Assembly: GCA_964016885.1 (NCBI GenBank)
Contig: OZ024755.1
Coordinates: forward strand, 2,356,001 to 2,420,000
Direction of reading: 5' to 3'
DNA from: Eledone cirrhosa
Taxonomy: Eukaryota
Length of the DNA: 64,000 bases
Made by a program: the position numbers and the translations under genes. A model generated the notes under the pieces. It was not told the origin of the DNA, searched no databases, and saw nothing but the letters and a program-made list of their open reading frames with translations. This document shows positions 14,006 through 27,409 of the stretch, in pieces (within the stretch, counting starts at the first letter, position 1; every line of letters begins with the position of its first letter).

Positions 14006-15689
14006 CATGCGATGAGGGAAAGGCGTTAGTTCAATTACTTTTTTTAAATTTTAATGAATTCAGCAAATATGGGAGCCAATTTAGGACATATTTCGGTGTT
14101 ATGCCTCCACAGCGAAGTGTTTGACTTAGTGAAATAGTGATGAGAACCAAGTTTTTGTTTGTTTGTTTGTTTTATATATTGAGCTTGAATAAAATATATA
14201 AATGAATGTAGTTTTACTAAACGAGTCAACCTGTCTTGACAACAAGGTAGCCTCTATGTGGTCTTTTGACTTGCTAGAAATACTAGCTAAATCTCCCTCA
14301 GATTTTACTTTATGGTTTTCAAGAGGGACGTATTAGATAATATTTTCTTAGATGGACTCAAATCTGAATAACGATTGGGTGACCACACTGGCATGTCTTT
14401 CTTTAATTGTAGGTTTATTCAGTTTCGGTTAAGCTGGAACCCTAAACAACCACAACTATTGGCTGGTAGCTGTACAAGACCGTTTGTCTCAGTTAAATCG
14501 TTGGACAGAATACTTTGGGGTATTCGTTCCGGCTCTCTTCGCTCATATCCTGTTGAAGTCGGAAAAAAAGTATTAAGTTCAGTAGTACTGGGGCCAAATC
14601 TTCTTTTTCTCTCGCCGTCTCGTTTAAAGTCCCCAAGACACGCTGTATCAAACACCATACAGTACTTCTAGTAGCTACTTTATGTTGACAACAACTGTAC
14701 CCTTATGTTAATCAATTTACATTCATTTGCTTTACTATTGGAGGAGATTTGGTCGATACCTCTAGCAGGGTCAAGCAACAACATAGAGGCTACGTCGTTT
14801 CACCAGCTGCTGTTTTTAATAATCGTATTTAAGACTATTCAACAGGATTCGTAATATGATCGGCTTGTCTCCCCCACAGCCCCAGCGGACAATGGAGAAA
14901 GAGCAGACTAATTTTGTTTTAACAGAGTGTGTATTATGTACTATAAATATAGCTATAAGCTACTATCAGTTTCTCTGTCGTTACAAACAGGATAAACCTA
15001 TCTCTGACGAGGCGGTAACATTACTGAAACTAGTGAGGTTGGCTTTATTTTCTGACCACCAGAAGAAAGACACAGTTGAAGCACAATGTTTACTTTAGAT
15101 ATCGAGTCGGAAGATATGAGATTTATTAAAAATACAGCCACCCCTCCCTCCTGTCATAAATCCAACGCCGTGTGCTGCCTCTAGTAATTAATAAACTAGT
15201 ATATTTATATCCATCTTTCTCTCTTCTTCGTTATTACCTTCATCTTTTCCTTGTCATTCTTCTCTCTTTCTTATCTTATCTGTCCTTCTACCTCCTTTTA
15301 AACACTCTCCATATCTCCGCTGTTTTCTCAGCCTCTTCCGCGCTCTCTCTCTATCTATCTAACCCTCTCCCTCTCCCCTCTCCTCCCTAACTCTGCTCCC
15401 CCACTCTCATTATAATTCTCTTCTGTCAATCGATATATATATTTAAAATGCAAGACTGTATGGCTGGATGACTTCAGTCTGATTTCATTAGTATACTTAT
15501 TGGAGGACGGTGGAGGTTAACGTCACAACATATTTATGGTGGAGTGCTGCTCCACTCTTAACGACACACCGTCTGTCCACTTCCTTTATAAAGTACTATT
15601 TACTTCTCTCACGTGTCCCCCTCACCTCCCTCTCTCTATCTCCCCAGTTCTTCATTTTTCTTTATTTATCTCCGATTCTTCGTTACTCA

Positions 15690-15695
15690 ACCATC

Positions 15696-15730
<35 letters not shown>

Positions 15731-16330
15731 CATCTATCCCATCTCATCTCTCTCTCTCTCTCTCTCTCTCGCCATCTATCCCATCTCATCTCTCTCTCTC
15801 TCTCTCTCGCCATCTATCCCATCTCATCTCTCTCTGTCTCTCACCATCTATCTCATCTCTCTCTCTCTCTCACCATCTATCCCATCTCATCTCTCATCTC
15901 TCTCTGTCTCTCACCATCTATCCCATCTCTCTCTCTCTCTCTCGCCATCTATCCCATCTCATCTCTCATCTCTCTCTGTCTCTCACCATCTATCCCATCT
16001 CTCTCTCTCTCGCCATCTATCCCATCTCATCTCTCATCTCTCTCTCACCATCTATCCCATCTCATCTCTCTCTCTCTCACCATCTATCCCATCTCATCTC
16101 TCTCTGTCTCTCACCATCTATCCCATCTCATCTCTCTCTGTCTCTCCCATCTCTCTCTGTCTCTCCCATCTCTCTGTCTCTCCCATCTCTCTGTCTCTCC
16201 CATCTCCCTCTCTCCCATCTCTCTCTCTCTCTCTCCCATCTCTCTCTCTCTCTCTCCCATCTCTCTGTCTCTCCCATCTCATCTCTCTCTCGCCATCTCA
16301 TCTCTCTCTTTCGCCATCTCATCTCTCTCC
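15690..16330. repeat. CT-rich degenerate minisatellite (ccatctatcccatctcatctctc...)
   Basis: Visible tandem units. Confidence 0.92.
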
Positions 16331-16794
16331 ACTCTTCAGTCATTTACAATATAACCAAGCACTATTTCGTATAAAATATTAAACCAGCAAGTCTAGCCAA
16401 CGCGGCGGCGACATTGCTAACAGGTCGTGTGTGTCCCTGTGGCCAATATACATTATATATTAAAAATGAATTTAAAGAATTCAGATCAAAATATAGTTAG
16501 ATATGGGTGACTGTTATATGTGGTAAATATATACATATACACCAGGTCTGAACACAATGGTACCAAACCCCCCACCGTCACTGCCTCCGTCTCTCTCGCT
16601 ATTATAAGCAAATGGGGGCTTACACACTGGCCTCCCGGCGGAAAGAATAGAGAAGGCGTTTCCCCGGAGGAAGAAGCACTGGAAGAGCAGCCATTCCAGC
16701 TCACGAGGCTCACATCTGAGGGTGTCCCGATGGTGATGAGTAGGGAGGTGCTCCTTGGGGCCAAGGACACCATGTTTTGCTTATATATATATAG

Positions 16795-16912
16795 TAATCA
16801 TTGTTTCTACTTTTGGCACAAGGCCAGCAATTACCCAGTACATTACTGGTACTTTATTTTATCGACTCCGTAAGGATGAAAGGCAAAGTTAACCTCGGCG
16901 GGATTTGAACTC
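16795..16912 (-). mobile_element. 5'-truncated SINE family A
   Basis: Near-consensus tail and central domain. Confidence 0.9.
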
Positions 16913-16978
16913 TAAAATCCAGACTAAAATCCAAAGATCTCGAAAGCAGCGATTCTTTGCTTAAACTTTAATCTGTCA

Positions 16979-17014
<36 letters not shown>

Positions 17015-17016
<2 letters not shown>

Positions 17017-17170
17017 AAAATGCTTAACCCCGACGGCAGAGCTCAAGCCGTCGAAACGGCTTGAGCTCTGCCGTCGGGGTTAAACATTTTCCTATTACCC
17101 ACTCTACTACCCTAAGTATTGAGTACTCTGTTGCGTTATAGTCCATCTGGTTCCTTACCACACTTCCTTC

Positions 17171-17174
<4 letters not shown>
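17015..17174 (+). mobile_element. Fold-back element, family 1, between (TA)n tracts
   Basis: Arms ~17013-17051 and ~17056-17094 are inverted; same tail as the 11116 copy. Confidence 0.88.
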
Positions 17175-17222
<48 letters not shown>

Positions 17223-17689
17223 TTTACACACACACACACATCTTTAACGTAGTCTAAGAACTAAGAACAAGGATATTTCTACTGATAAACATCTGTTCTC
17301 TCTGCCAGTTCCAAACCACAAATGTTCAAAGCTTCCCTCCTCATTCAACCATGAAGACGGGCATCTTCTGCAGATTCAATCATATATATGTATATATATT
17401 AGCATTTAAATCTACCCTTGTGTGTATATATTAGCATTTATATCTGCCCTTCTGTATGTATGTGTCATACATACTACGTTTCATGAGTTTTTATTTCTAC
17501 ATCCATATTTCCATGAAACAGATCCACTCAACTGTGGGAGGGTTTCATGCTAGAAATAACAGCAAAATTCTCTTAATACAAATGAAGTACATATTAGATA
17601 CATATTGGAACCTACGAAAAGTATGGGAATGACCAAATGAGGTATATTTTTCAACAAAGTCTCTGGAAAGAAACAATGCAGTTATTATT

Positions 17690-17758
17690 ATGAAATGTTG
17701 AAATTAATGGTTACAATATTTCATAGCCAGCCTATGAACTTTTCAGTCGACCCTCGTA
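17690..17758. mobile_element. Mariner-type TIR end fragment
   Basis: Ends gaacttttcagtcgaccctcg|ta, resembling mariner TACGAGGGT..TGAAAAGTT termini. Confidence 0.5.
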
Positions 17759-17780
17759 TGTATGTATGTATGTATATGTA

Positions 17781-17985
17781 ATGTAGAAAGGCTTCTACAG
17801 GGCTAGAACTGTTTCATTGCGGAGAAATCACCAGGAAGTTTCCTGACGATTTTTACTGAATGAAACAGTTTTAGTCCTGTAGAAGCCTTTCTACATCTAA
17901 TATTTATACTCTGCTTTGTATTGAGTACCTTACTTTCTGTGGTATCTTACCGACTGTGGTTACCCCCGATTGAACCCGGGATAAA

Positions 17986-17988
<3 letters not shown>
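17781..17988 (+). mobile_element. Fold-back element, family 2
   Basis: Imperfect palindrome 17781-17896 centred near 17837, then a tail with gtattgagtacc, then (TA)n. Confidence 0.8.
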
Positions 17989-18030
<42 letters not shown>

Positions 18031-18165
18031 ATTGAAGTTTCCGTTGAAAATTGAAAAAGTCATAGGAGTGAAGAATGCTCTATGTAAGTTACAGAGCTAA
18101 ATATATATATATATAAGTAAGTATGTTTTGAAACAGTGAGCGAGTTTGAAATTAGAAAATATATA

Positions 18166-18294
18166 GCTTTCACCGTATTTTTAACTAAAGGAATTTTTTA
18201 GCTTGATAAATACTCATCTTTTTCCATTTATCTGAGGGTTCTAAACCCCGTTATCAAGCTAAAAAATTCCTTTAGTTAAAAATACGGTGAAAGC
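18166..18294. mobile_element. TA-flanked perfect inverted repeat (44 bp arms, 41 nt spacer), MITE-like
   Basis: 18166-18209 is the exact reverse complement of 18251-18294. Confidence 0.8.
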
Positions 18295-18364
18295 TATATA
18301 TATATATGATAGATAGTGTACAGGCAATATTTATTAGAATGGTGTATACAATTTTGGGACACCC

Positions 18365-18398
<34 letters not shown>

Positions 18399-19558
18399 CC
18401 CCACATCTTGAAACTCATGTTTTCATAAGTTACTAAATCTGTGTTGATGTAGGTTAAACACCAACATGTACCAAAAAAACTGTTTTCCGTTTTCTTTTCC
18501 GGTATTTTTATTTTCTAGAATATGTTTACAAATTAATATAAAACTGAAATTCCAATTATGAAATATCATACATTTAAAGAATTTTTTTTAAATACGTCAG
18601 TAATTAGATAAATCTCTTAGTCATTTGGTATGTCGTCTGCGAGTTCCATTTTATCACGTGATAATGTCGTCTGCTCGCTATGAAGATTTCAATACTTTCT
18701 CCACTCTTAGTAATCTCTTGTTTCTCTCTCTCATGCTGTATCTCTCACTCTCTTTCTCAACGCTGTCTCTCTCACTCTCTTTCTCAACGCTGTCTCTCTC
18801 CCTTTCTTTCTCAACGCTGTCTCTCTCCCTTTCTTTCTCAACGCTGTCTCTCTCCCTTTCTTTCTCAACGCTGTCTCTCTCTCTCTCGCTGTCTCTCTCT
18901 CTCTCGCTGTCTCTCTCCCTCTCTGTCTCTGTCCCCCCCCCCCTTTTTTTTCTCCCCCTCCCCCCTTTCCCCCTCTCTCACGCTGTCTCTCTCCACTCTC
19001 TATCCCCCCTCTCTCACACTCCTCTTCCTCCCTCTCTTCTTCCTCTTCTTCCCCCCCCCCTGCCCATGTCTTCCCAACTAACCATCAACCCATTCCTTCT
19101 TTTAAAAAAAACATGTCTACACCCCCTCTCCTGCCCCTCCCCCTCTCCTGTCCCTCCCTCTCTCCTGTCCCTCCCTCTCCTGCCTCCCCCTCTCCTACCC
19201 CCCCCTCTCTCCCGCCCCCCACCTCTCCCCTGCCCCCCACCTCTCTCCTGCCCACCTCTTTCCCAACACACTACCCACATACTCCCCATATAAATACAGG
19301 TTGTTTCTTTAGTTAACTGTGATTTAATGAACATATCAAGAGAGGATGTCAGTATTATATATATCAAGCATAAAATGTCTATTTTGTTGGTATCTGTGTA
19401 TATATGTTTAGATGTGACAGTATTAATAATATATTCCTTTGTCGTCTGTCTTTCTCTCTACACAATAATGTTTGTGTTGAGAGGGTGTGTATATATAGAT
19501 ATATAATTATATTTTTCACCTACCCATATCTGTAAAGTGTATATATATATATATATAT

Positions 19559-19884
19559 GGAGGCACATGGCTTAGTGGTTAGAGCATTGGCCTTGCAATC
19601 GAAAGGTCGTGAGTTCAATTCTCAGGCCGGGTGATGTTGTTTCCTTGAACAAGACACTTTATTTCACATTGCTCCAGTTTACTCAGCTGTAGAAATGAGA
19701 CCCCAGTCCCTATCATTCCACTGCAAAGTGGTCGTTGAGGTGCCACGGCAAAAAAGCATCCAGCACTCACTGTAAATGAGGTTGGTGTTAGGAAGGGCAT
19801 CCAGCTGTAGAAATCAAGCCAGAATCAATTCCCGTCCCACCCTTGCAAGCAGGGAAAAGCGGACGTAAAGTGATGATGATGATG
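19559..19884 (+). mobile_element. Full-length SINE family B (tRNA head, CORE-like domain, RTE-like body and tail, (TGA)n end)
   Basis: A and B boxes, ttgaacaagacactttatttcac, gttaggaagggcatccagctgtagaa, gcggacgtaaagtgatgatgat; close match to 48991-49326. Confidence 0.92.
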
Positions 19885-19942
19885 TATATATATAGTTTTC
19901 ATTTTGGGTATATATGTATATAAATGTGTGTGTGTGTTTGTA

Positions 19943-19995
<53 letters not shown>

Positions 19996-20078
19996 TATGC
20001 ACATACAAAATGTATTTTCCCATTCAATATTTCCCTCTTTCATTCATCCATCCATCCATTCTATGTATGTATGTGTAC

Positions 20079-20116
<38 letters not shown>

Positions 20117-20572
20117 ATATATTTATATATATGTGTGTATGTATGTCAGTGTACGCATGCGTGTCTATATGTCTGTTTATGTCTCTATGTATGCATGTAT
20201 ATATATATATGTGTGTGTGTGTACTCTTGAAACCTTTCTAATTCACAGCCGCCATTATAAAGCAGACGACACATCAAAAAAGATATTTTCCGTCTTCCAT
20301 ATTTCCGCTTCTAAGTATTTTTAACTGTATATATATATATTATATATACATATATACATATATATTTATTTTTTCATCATTTCTTCTAAAATGGTATTTT
20401 CTTAAATGTCTTTCGTTTTATTTAAGCGATTATTTCTTTTCTTTTTTTTTCTCTTTTTTGGGGGGTTTTTAAAAAAAATATTTTACTTTTTGGATAATTC
20501 AGCTTTGAAACCGGATTTAAACCTTAATCTCTTTATCAATAGATATTTTCTCCCTTTTGTTATTCAAAAGCA

Positions 20573-20646
<74 letters not shown>

Positions 20647-20734
20647 CTGTGCCTAGGGGTTGCAACAATTTTCTGTATTCTTTTATACAAATACTGCATA
20701 CACGTATGAATGTATGTATGTATATATATGTATA

Positions 20735-20776
<42 letters not shown>

Positions 20777-20779
<3 letters not shown>

Positions 20780-20853
20780 GATGTCCCCAAAAATGTATAC
20801 ACATGTTTATTAGAATGTTGTTGAAGTATGTATACATTTTTGGGGACACCCTG
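20777..20853. mobile_element. Tc1/mariner-type MITE (same family as 3649)
   Basis: TIRs caggatgtccccaaaaatgtatac / gtatacatttttggggacaccctg|ta. Confidence 0.85.
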
Positions 20854-20865
20854 TATATGTATCTA

Positions 20866-20907
<42 letters not shown>

Positions 20908-21419
20908 GTGTGTGTGTGTGTTTGTGTATGTATCTGTGAATTTATGTATATATGTGTGTATGTATGTGTGTGTGTGTGTGTGTGTTTGTATATGTATCTG
21001 TGAATTTATGTATGTGTGTGTGTGTGTGTGTTGTAACTTGAAAGGCAGAATTGAATAGCTTTTATGAGGGAAAAAGAAATATTTTTAATGCTTTTACAAC
21101 TTTGTGTGCTTGCAAATATTCAATGTTAAATATAGGTTCATTTTAGTTTTGAATTAATACAGGACTCCCTACCACAACCCCACTACATAGCTCCAAAAAT
21201 ATGATTTAAAAAATATATATATATTGAACAATGTGTTTTATATGTAATGTCATGTAATCCTTACATATGACACATACACAGACACACACACACACATATA
21301 TACACACACACATATATACATCGGTCTGTCTCAATACTTGTAAGTGTGTGTGTGTGTTGTATTTGGACATACACATACTAAACACTGTTGATGCTTCTTT
21401 TGGCAAGTAAAAGAAATAT

Positions 21420-22047
<628 letters not shown>

Positions 22048-22048
<1 letters not shown>

Positions 22049-22238
22049 ACAAAGGAATTGTGGTAAGGAACCTGGTGGACCATAACGCACCAGAGTACTT
22101 AGAGTAGTAGAGTGGGAAATAGGAAAAAGTATGACCCCGACGGCAGAGCTCAAGCCGTTTCGACGGCTATTTCTGGACTCGTCCAGAAATAGCCCGTCGA
22201 AACGGCTTGAGCTCTGTCGTCGGGGTCATACTTTTTCC
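22048..22238 (-). mobile_element. Fold-back element, family 1
   Basis: ~60 bp arms folding at ctggactcgtccag; reverse-complement tail on the left; (TA)n on both sides. Confidence 0.88.
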
Positions 22239-22551
22239 TATATATGTGTGTGTGTGTGTTTGTGTTAGCTATTATATCTAGATATAGAAGAAATGTATAT
22301 ATCATTGTTGTTGTTGTACCATTAGGGGATCAGTCATTGATTTGCTACTATGTCGTCAGTGGAATCGGTGTTGTGTGTAATGTTTGACATCTGAAACAAA
22401 AATAAGTTGTAATATATTCAAGCGTGTCCCCCTGTTGTCACTTTATTGTCAGTGAATGTATATATATATATATGTGTGTGTATATATATATTTATGTGTG
22501 TGTCCTTGTCACTTTATTGTGAAACAGTGTGTGTGTGTGTATGTCTATATG

Positions 22552-22584
<33 letters not shown>

Positions 22585-22629
22585 GTGACGTAACATAAGT
22601 CAATTGCATGAACTCATAATCCTTTATTT

Positions 22630-22687
22630 ACTGCTATATATATATTTCGATGATAGCCATTGAATGGCTATGACCTCATCAGGCAGT
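22630..22687 (-). ncRNA. Type I hammerhead ribozyme motif in a TA-flanked element (~22585-22762)
   Basis: Minus strand reads actgc CTGATGA ggtcatagccat-tca-atggctatcatc GAAA tatatata TA gcagt. Confidence 0.87.
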
Positions 22688-22758
22688 TAGTCAGTTCTTA
22701 GATATGCCAGCTCTGTGTTTATAGTGTTGATGGTATCAGAGCCTTGGGCCATAAGAAG

Positions 22759-22802
<44 letters not shown>

Positions 22803-22921
22803 CTTCTTATGGCATCTCGCTCCCTTGTGTTGTCCTGTTTTATGATGCCTTAATAATCTATGGTGACAGATCTTACCTAACAGCTATTTCATTCATATAC
22901 ATCCTCTTTCATAACTCTTCA

Positions 22922-22985
<64 letters not shown>

Positions 22986-22987
<2 letters not shown>

Positions 22988-23163
22988 CGAAGGAAATGTG
23001 GTAAGGAACCAGATGGACCATAACGCCCCAAAGTACTCAATACTTAGAGTAGTAGAGTGGGTAATAGGAACAAGTATGACCCCGACGGCAGAGCTCAAGC
23101 TGTTTCGAGTCCAGAAATAGCCGTCGTAACGGCTTGAGCTCTGCCGTCGAGGTCATACTTGTT

Positions 23164-23165
<2 letters not shown>
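22986..23165 (-). mobile_element. Fold-back element, family 1
   Basis: Arms ggaacaagtatgaccccgacggcagagctcaagc / gcttgagctctgccgtcgaggtcatacttgttcc; TA-flanked. Confidence 0.88.
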
Positions 23166-23211
<46 letters not shown>

Positions 23212-23714
23212 TATACATACATAGGTTTTTCCCTAATCAAAGTAGGATTTGTAAACCATTTTAGAAGGTGATGTAGTAACACACATCCATTGCTTGATAT
23301 CTGACATTTTCTGCCATACATGGTATTGCTGGCCTCAAGCAAGTCCCTGGCAGCTCTAAAAAAAGCCACATCTGTGATGTTCATGCTTAAGATAAAGCAA
23401 TGACATTAGTCAAAATCAAGTTGCAGCCATCATCATCATCATCATGTATGAGAGGGTGTTACAAAAGAAGACAATCTTTCATACATATACAGACGTATTC
23501 ACTCGTTGACATAGAAAACAACTCCACCTATTTCTATGTCTCACAAGAATATCTTTAATACTTTTACATACATGTGCTTGCTGTCTCCTCTAGTTTAGAA
23601 TCTCTCACACTCCCCCTCATTCTTCTCTGTTCTTTCCAACACTTCACACTTCACTATATGTCATTTTGCCAACTTCTTTGCTTTTATTAACATAATCTTA
23701 ATTTGTTTTCCTCT

Positions 23715-23814
23715 TTTCTCTATCTATCTATCTCACTCTCTATCTATCTATCTCACTCTCTATCTATCTATCTATCTATCTCACTCTCTATCTATCTATC
23801 TATCTATCTCTATC

Positions 23815-23897
<83 letters not shown>

Positions 23898-24163
23898 ATC
23901 TATCTATCTATCTCTCAATCTCGATCTAACTATCTATCTATCTATCTCTCAATCTCGATCTAACTATCTCTCTATCAAACTATCGCTCTATCTCTATATC
24001 TAACTATCTCTCTATCTCTATCTATCTATCTATCTCTCAATCTCGATCTAACTATATCTCTCTCTATCTCTATATCTATCTAACTATCTCTCTATCTCTA
24101 TCTCTATCTATCTATCTATCTATCTCTATCTCACTCTCTATCTATCTATCTATCTCTATCTCA

Positions 24164-24195
<32 letters not shown>

Positions 24196-24437
24196 CGATC
24201 TAACTATCTCTCTATATCTATCTAACTATCTCTCTATCTAACTATCTCTCTATATCTATCTAACTATCTCTCTATCTAACTATCTCTCTATATCTATCTA
24301 ACTATCTCTCTATATCTATCTAACTATCTCTCTATATCTATCTAACTATCTCTCTATATCTATCTAACTATCTCTCTATATCTATCTAACTATCTCTCTA
24401 TCTCTATATCTCTCTATCTATCTGTCTATCTATCTCC
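23715..24437. repeat. (TCTA)n / (TC)n compound satellite
   Basis: Visible in the sequence. Confidence 0.95.
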
Positions 24438-24926
24438 AGTTTATAATTTTCTCACACTCTTCATTCTATCTTCTCCCAACACTTCCCTCTCTATTCACTA
24501 TACTCTATATTTTTTTCCTGCTTCTTTGCTTTTAATGCCCCCCCCCCCTGTCTCTCCCAATTATAATAGTTCGAGAGGAAACATAGGTTTATATCCATTG
24601 CCAATTTATAAAGTCTCTCTTCTTTAAGTGAAAATATAGCCTTCAGTCTCTGATGTAATGGTAACAGATATTATATTATATCATCATCATCACCACCGTT
24701 TAACGTCCATTTTCCACGCTAGCATGGGTTAGAAAAGTTGTCCCCTTTGTGAGACAGATCAATTGACCGTGTCTTGTTCATACAGAACTGATTGGTTTCT
24801 GTGGCTGGGTGCCTTTTTCTAACCCCAACTACATTTCCTCCTGTGTGGGCTGGATACTTTTTTTCATCGTGACACCAAAACTACCAACGGACAAGTTGGA
24901 CTGGGTACTTTCTCATTGTGTCACCA

Positions 24927-25048
24927 TGTCACAAGCACCGCCATTGTCACCTGATCATGTCACAAGCACCGCCATTGTCACCTGATCATGTCACAATCAC
25001 CACCATTGTCACCTGATCATGTCACACAATCACCACCATTGTCATCTG
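24927..25048. repeat. ~31 bp unit x4 (atgtcacaagcaccgccattgtcacctgatc)
   Basis: Tandem units. Confidence 0.9.
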
Positions 25049-25164
25049 ATTTGGTCCTGGGTTTTATTAAGTTGGGTGTTTTTACTTACACTGATCCTTA
25101 TGAAATTGCTGGTCCCTGCCATGAGCTAAATAAACCCCAGTTTAGTTCATTATTACTGTTGGAA

Positions 25165-25352
25165 GGGCGGTGGATTGGCAGTATCGGAAGAGGGTCGGAC
25201 GCCATGCTTTGCAGCATAGAATTACGGCCCTTTGTGGTCTGAGTTCAAATCCCGGCAAGGTTAATTTTGCCGTTCATCCTTACGGGGTCGATAAAATAAA
25301 GTACCAGTAATGCACTGGGATAATTGCTGGCCTTGTGCCAAAAGTAGAAACA
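25165..25352 (+). mobile_element. Full-length SINE family A with 16 bp TSD
   Basis: attattactgttggaa at 25149-25164 and 25353-25368; A box TGGCAGTATCGG, B box GAGTTCAAATCC. Confidence 0.93.
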
Positions 25353-26283
25353 ATTATTACTGTTGGAATATCAGGAGCAACTTCCCTAACACTAAGCAAG
25401 TAAAATAGTGTTAGTGATGTTCTAGATTTGACAGGAGTGGTGAGTCTGTCTACTTTTTTCCCATTACAATCACTCACCTTGGCTTGACCTGTTCCTATGT
25501 ACCAAACTGACTCCTACACACACACACACACTCTCTCTCTCTCTCTCTCTCTCTCTCTAAACTCCTTGCTGCTTCACATCTACGTTGTTTTCCATCCCAT
25601 CTATCACTTGGAGGAGGTTTGTTTTGCCCTCTTCACAAGCCTTTCATCTTTTTCATTACTCATACCACATGCTTCTTTTTCTCCTCTCCTTTACTAATTC
25701 TTTCTACATCTGTACCCACCCTAACTCTGTTAACTTCAAAGGCAACAGCACTCCTTTTCTCACTCCTCACAGTAGCTGGATATATCTTTACATTTATTCA
25801 GCTTTTTCTTGATTATTTTGTGTTTCTTATTGGAATTAAGATCTTAAGCCAGACCCCTTCCCCCCTGTTGTTGTATTAAGCATGGATGTATTTCACTTTT
25901 GATGTTATTGTTCAACTCCAGGTCAAACTTGAACCAGCATTAACTGTCACATCATTATTTAAGACATATCCTAATAATTCTCTATCTAATGTGTCATATT
26001 TTTTAAAGGTGATAGGTTCTAATTTTTAGGAGTGAGTGGTACGACTGGAATAGTAACATAAACCTTTCTTTGTTTTCCATATTTTATACTGGCCAAACCT
26101 TTTCTGCATGAGGAAGAGTACAGCCATTTATTTCATGGTTGTAGTGTCCTGTCTTACTGAAACTTCAGTCTTTGCTAACTGTAGTCTTAGATACGGCTTG
26201 AGAAGTCTTGATTTCGTTTTGGTACCATTTCAATTTAGTTGGATCACTAATACTTTTGTAAACGTCATGTCCTGCTGTTTGAG

Positions 26284-26517
26284 TTGCTAAGGAAGTGGGA
26301 GTACTGTGAAACTGATGTGTGTTTCACAAGAGGACCTATATCTGGTTGTTTGCTAAGGCAGTGGGAGTACTGTGAAACTGATCTGTGTTTCACGAGAGGA
26401 CCTATACCTAGTTGTTTGCTAAGGCAGTGGGAGTACTATGAAACTGATGTGTGTTTCACGAGAAGACCTATACCTGGCTATTTGCTAAGGCAGTGGGAGT
26501 ACTGTGAAACTGATGTT
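26284..26517. repeat. 66 bp unit x ~3.5
   Basis: gctaaggcagtgggagtactgtgaaactgatgtgtgtttcacgagaggacctatac repeated. Confidence 0.92.
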
Positions 26518-27409
26518 TCATCTGTTTACACTGATGAGTTCATTTATGTTATTCTGCAAAAAGGATAACATATGGTAGATATTTATCTCAATTTTACATC
26601 TACTCAACACTAAAGGATCCTGAATTGAACATGAGGAAACTTGTTAGATATGTGGTTCAGGAAATTGATAGGGTGTAGAGAAAGGAGGAAGGTAATTGAA
26701 TAAAGTATTGAATCACCTGCTCATAGGATGTGGGTTTTCAAATTTAATACAGGTGCTTTTGTTTCTCGTGTACGATATGTTGTGTTTCTCGTGTAGGACA
26801 CACTGTTACATTGCCTCAGTTTACATAATTTGTTTATAGGAATAGATACTAGAGTATCTGGAAATTTAGAGCACTAGAGCAGCCCTATAATGAGAGGAAG
26901 AATTAATTTATATTTCCTCAATGCCGTGAAACTAGTACTAATTATCCACCCTTAAAAACGTATTAAGTTTGTTTTTTTTAATATTGGGCTTCTTCCCTCC
27001 ACTCATGTCTCTCAAACAAACCTGACAAGTGCTGGATATTTCAACTTTTCTTTATATCCTTCTATTATATTTTACAAGGCTAACAAACGTTACTAAGCCA
27101 AGATTTTCTTATCTTGTGTGGGGGTTGAGGAAGTATTTTTTTATATTTATATATAAATCATTATTTGGTGGTTGACTTACTCAAGGTTATATCATAGTAA
27201 GCCTCAATCAAGCAACTATGACTCTGTCTAAATATAGAGGTTAACTAAAGGTGCTGTAGCTGTGACAAATCTACTTAAAGAAGTTCCTGTTGGCAAGGCT
27301 GGTTTATATGTGTTTGCTACCGGTTATTAATAGGAAACTCTGATAACTGAAGTGGGTGTATAGACAGGGCAAATGTTGCTGTTCTATGTAATAAGTGTAA
27401 AAGAAATAC

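Noticed and set aside
14419-14671. 79/98 aa ORFs of normal composition
   Set aside because: They overlap a diverged SINE family A-like head (ttggacagaatactttggggtattcgttccggctct) and show no protein motif.
19559-19630. tRNA gene
   Set aside because: A and B boxes are present, but there is no acceptor stem closure and the sequence continues into a SINE body repeated elsewhere.
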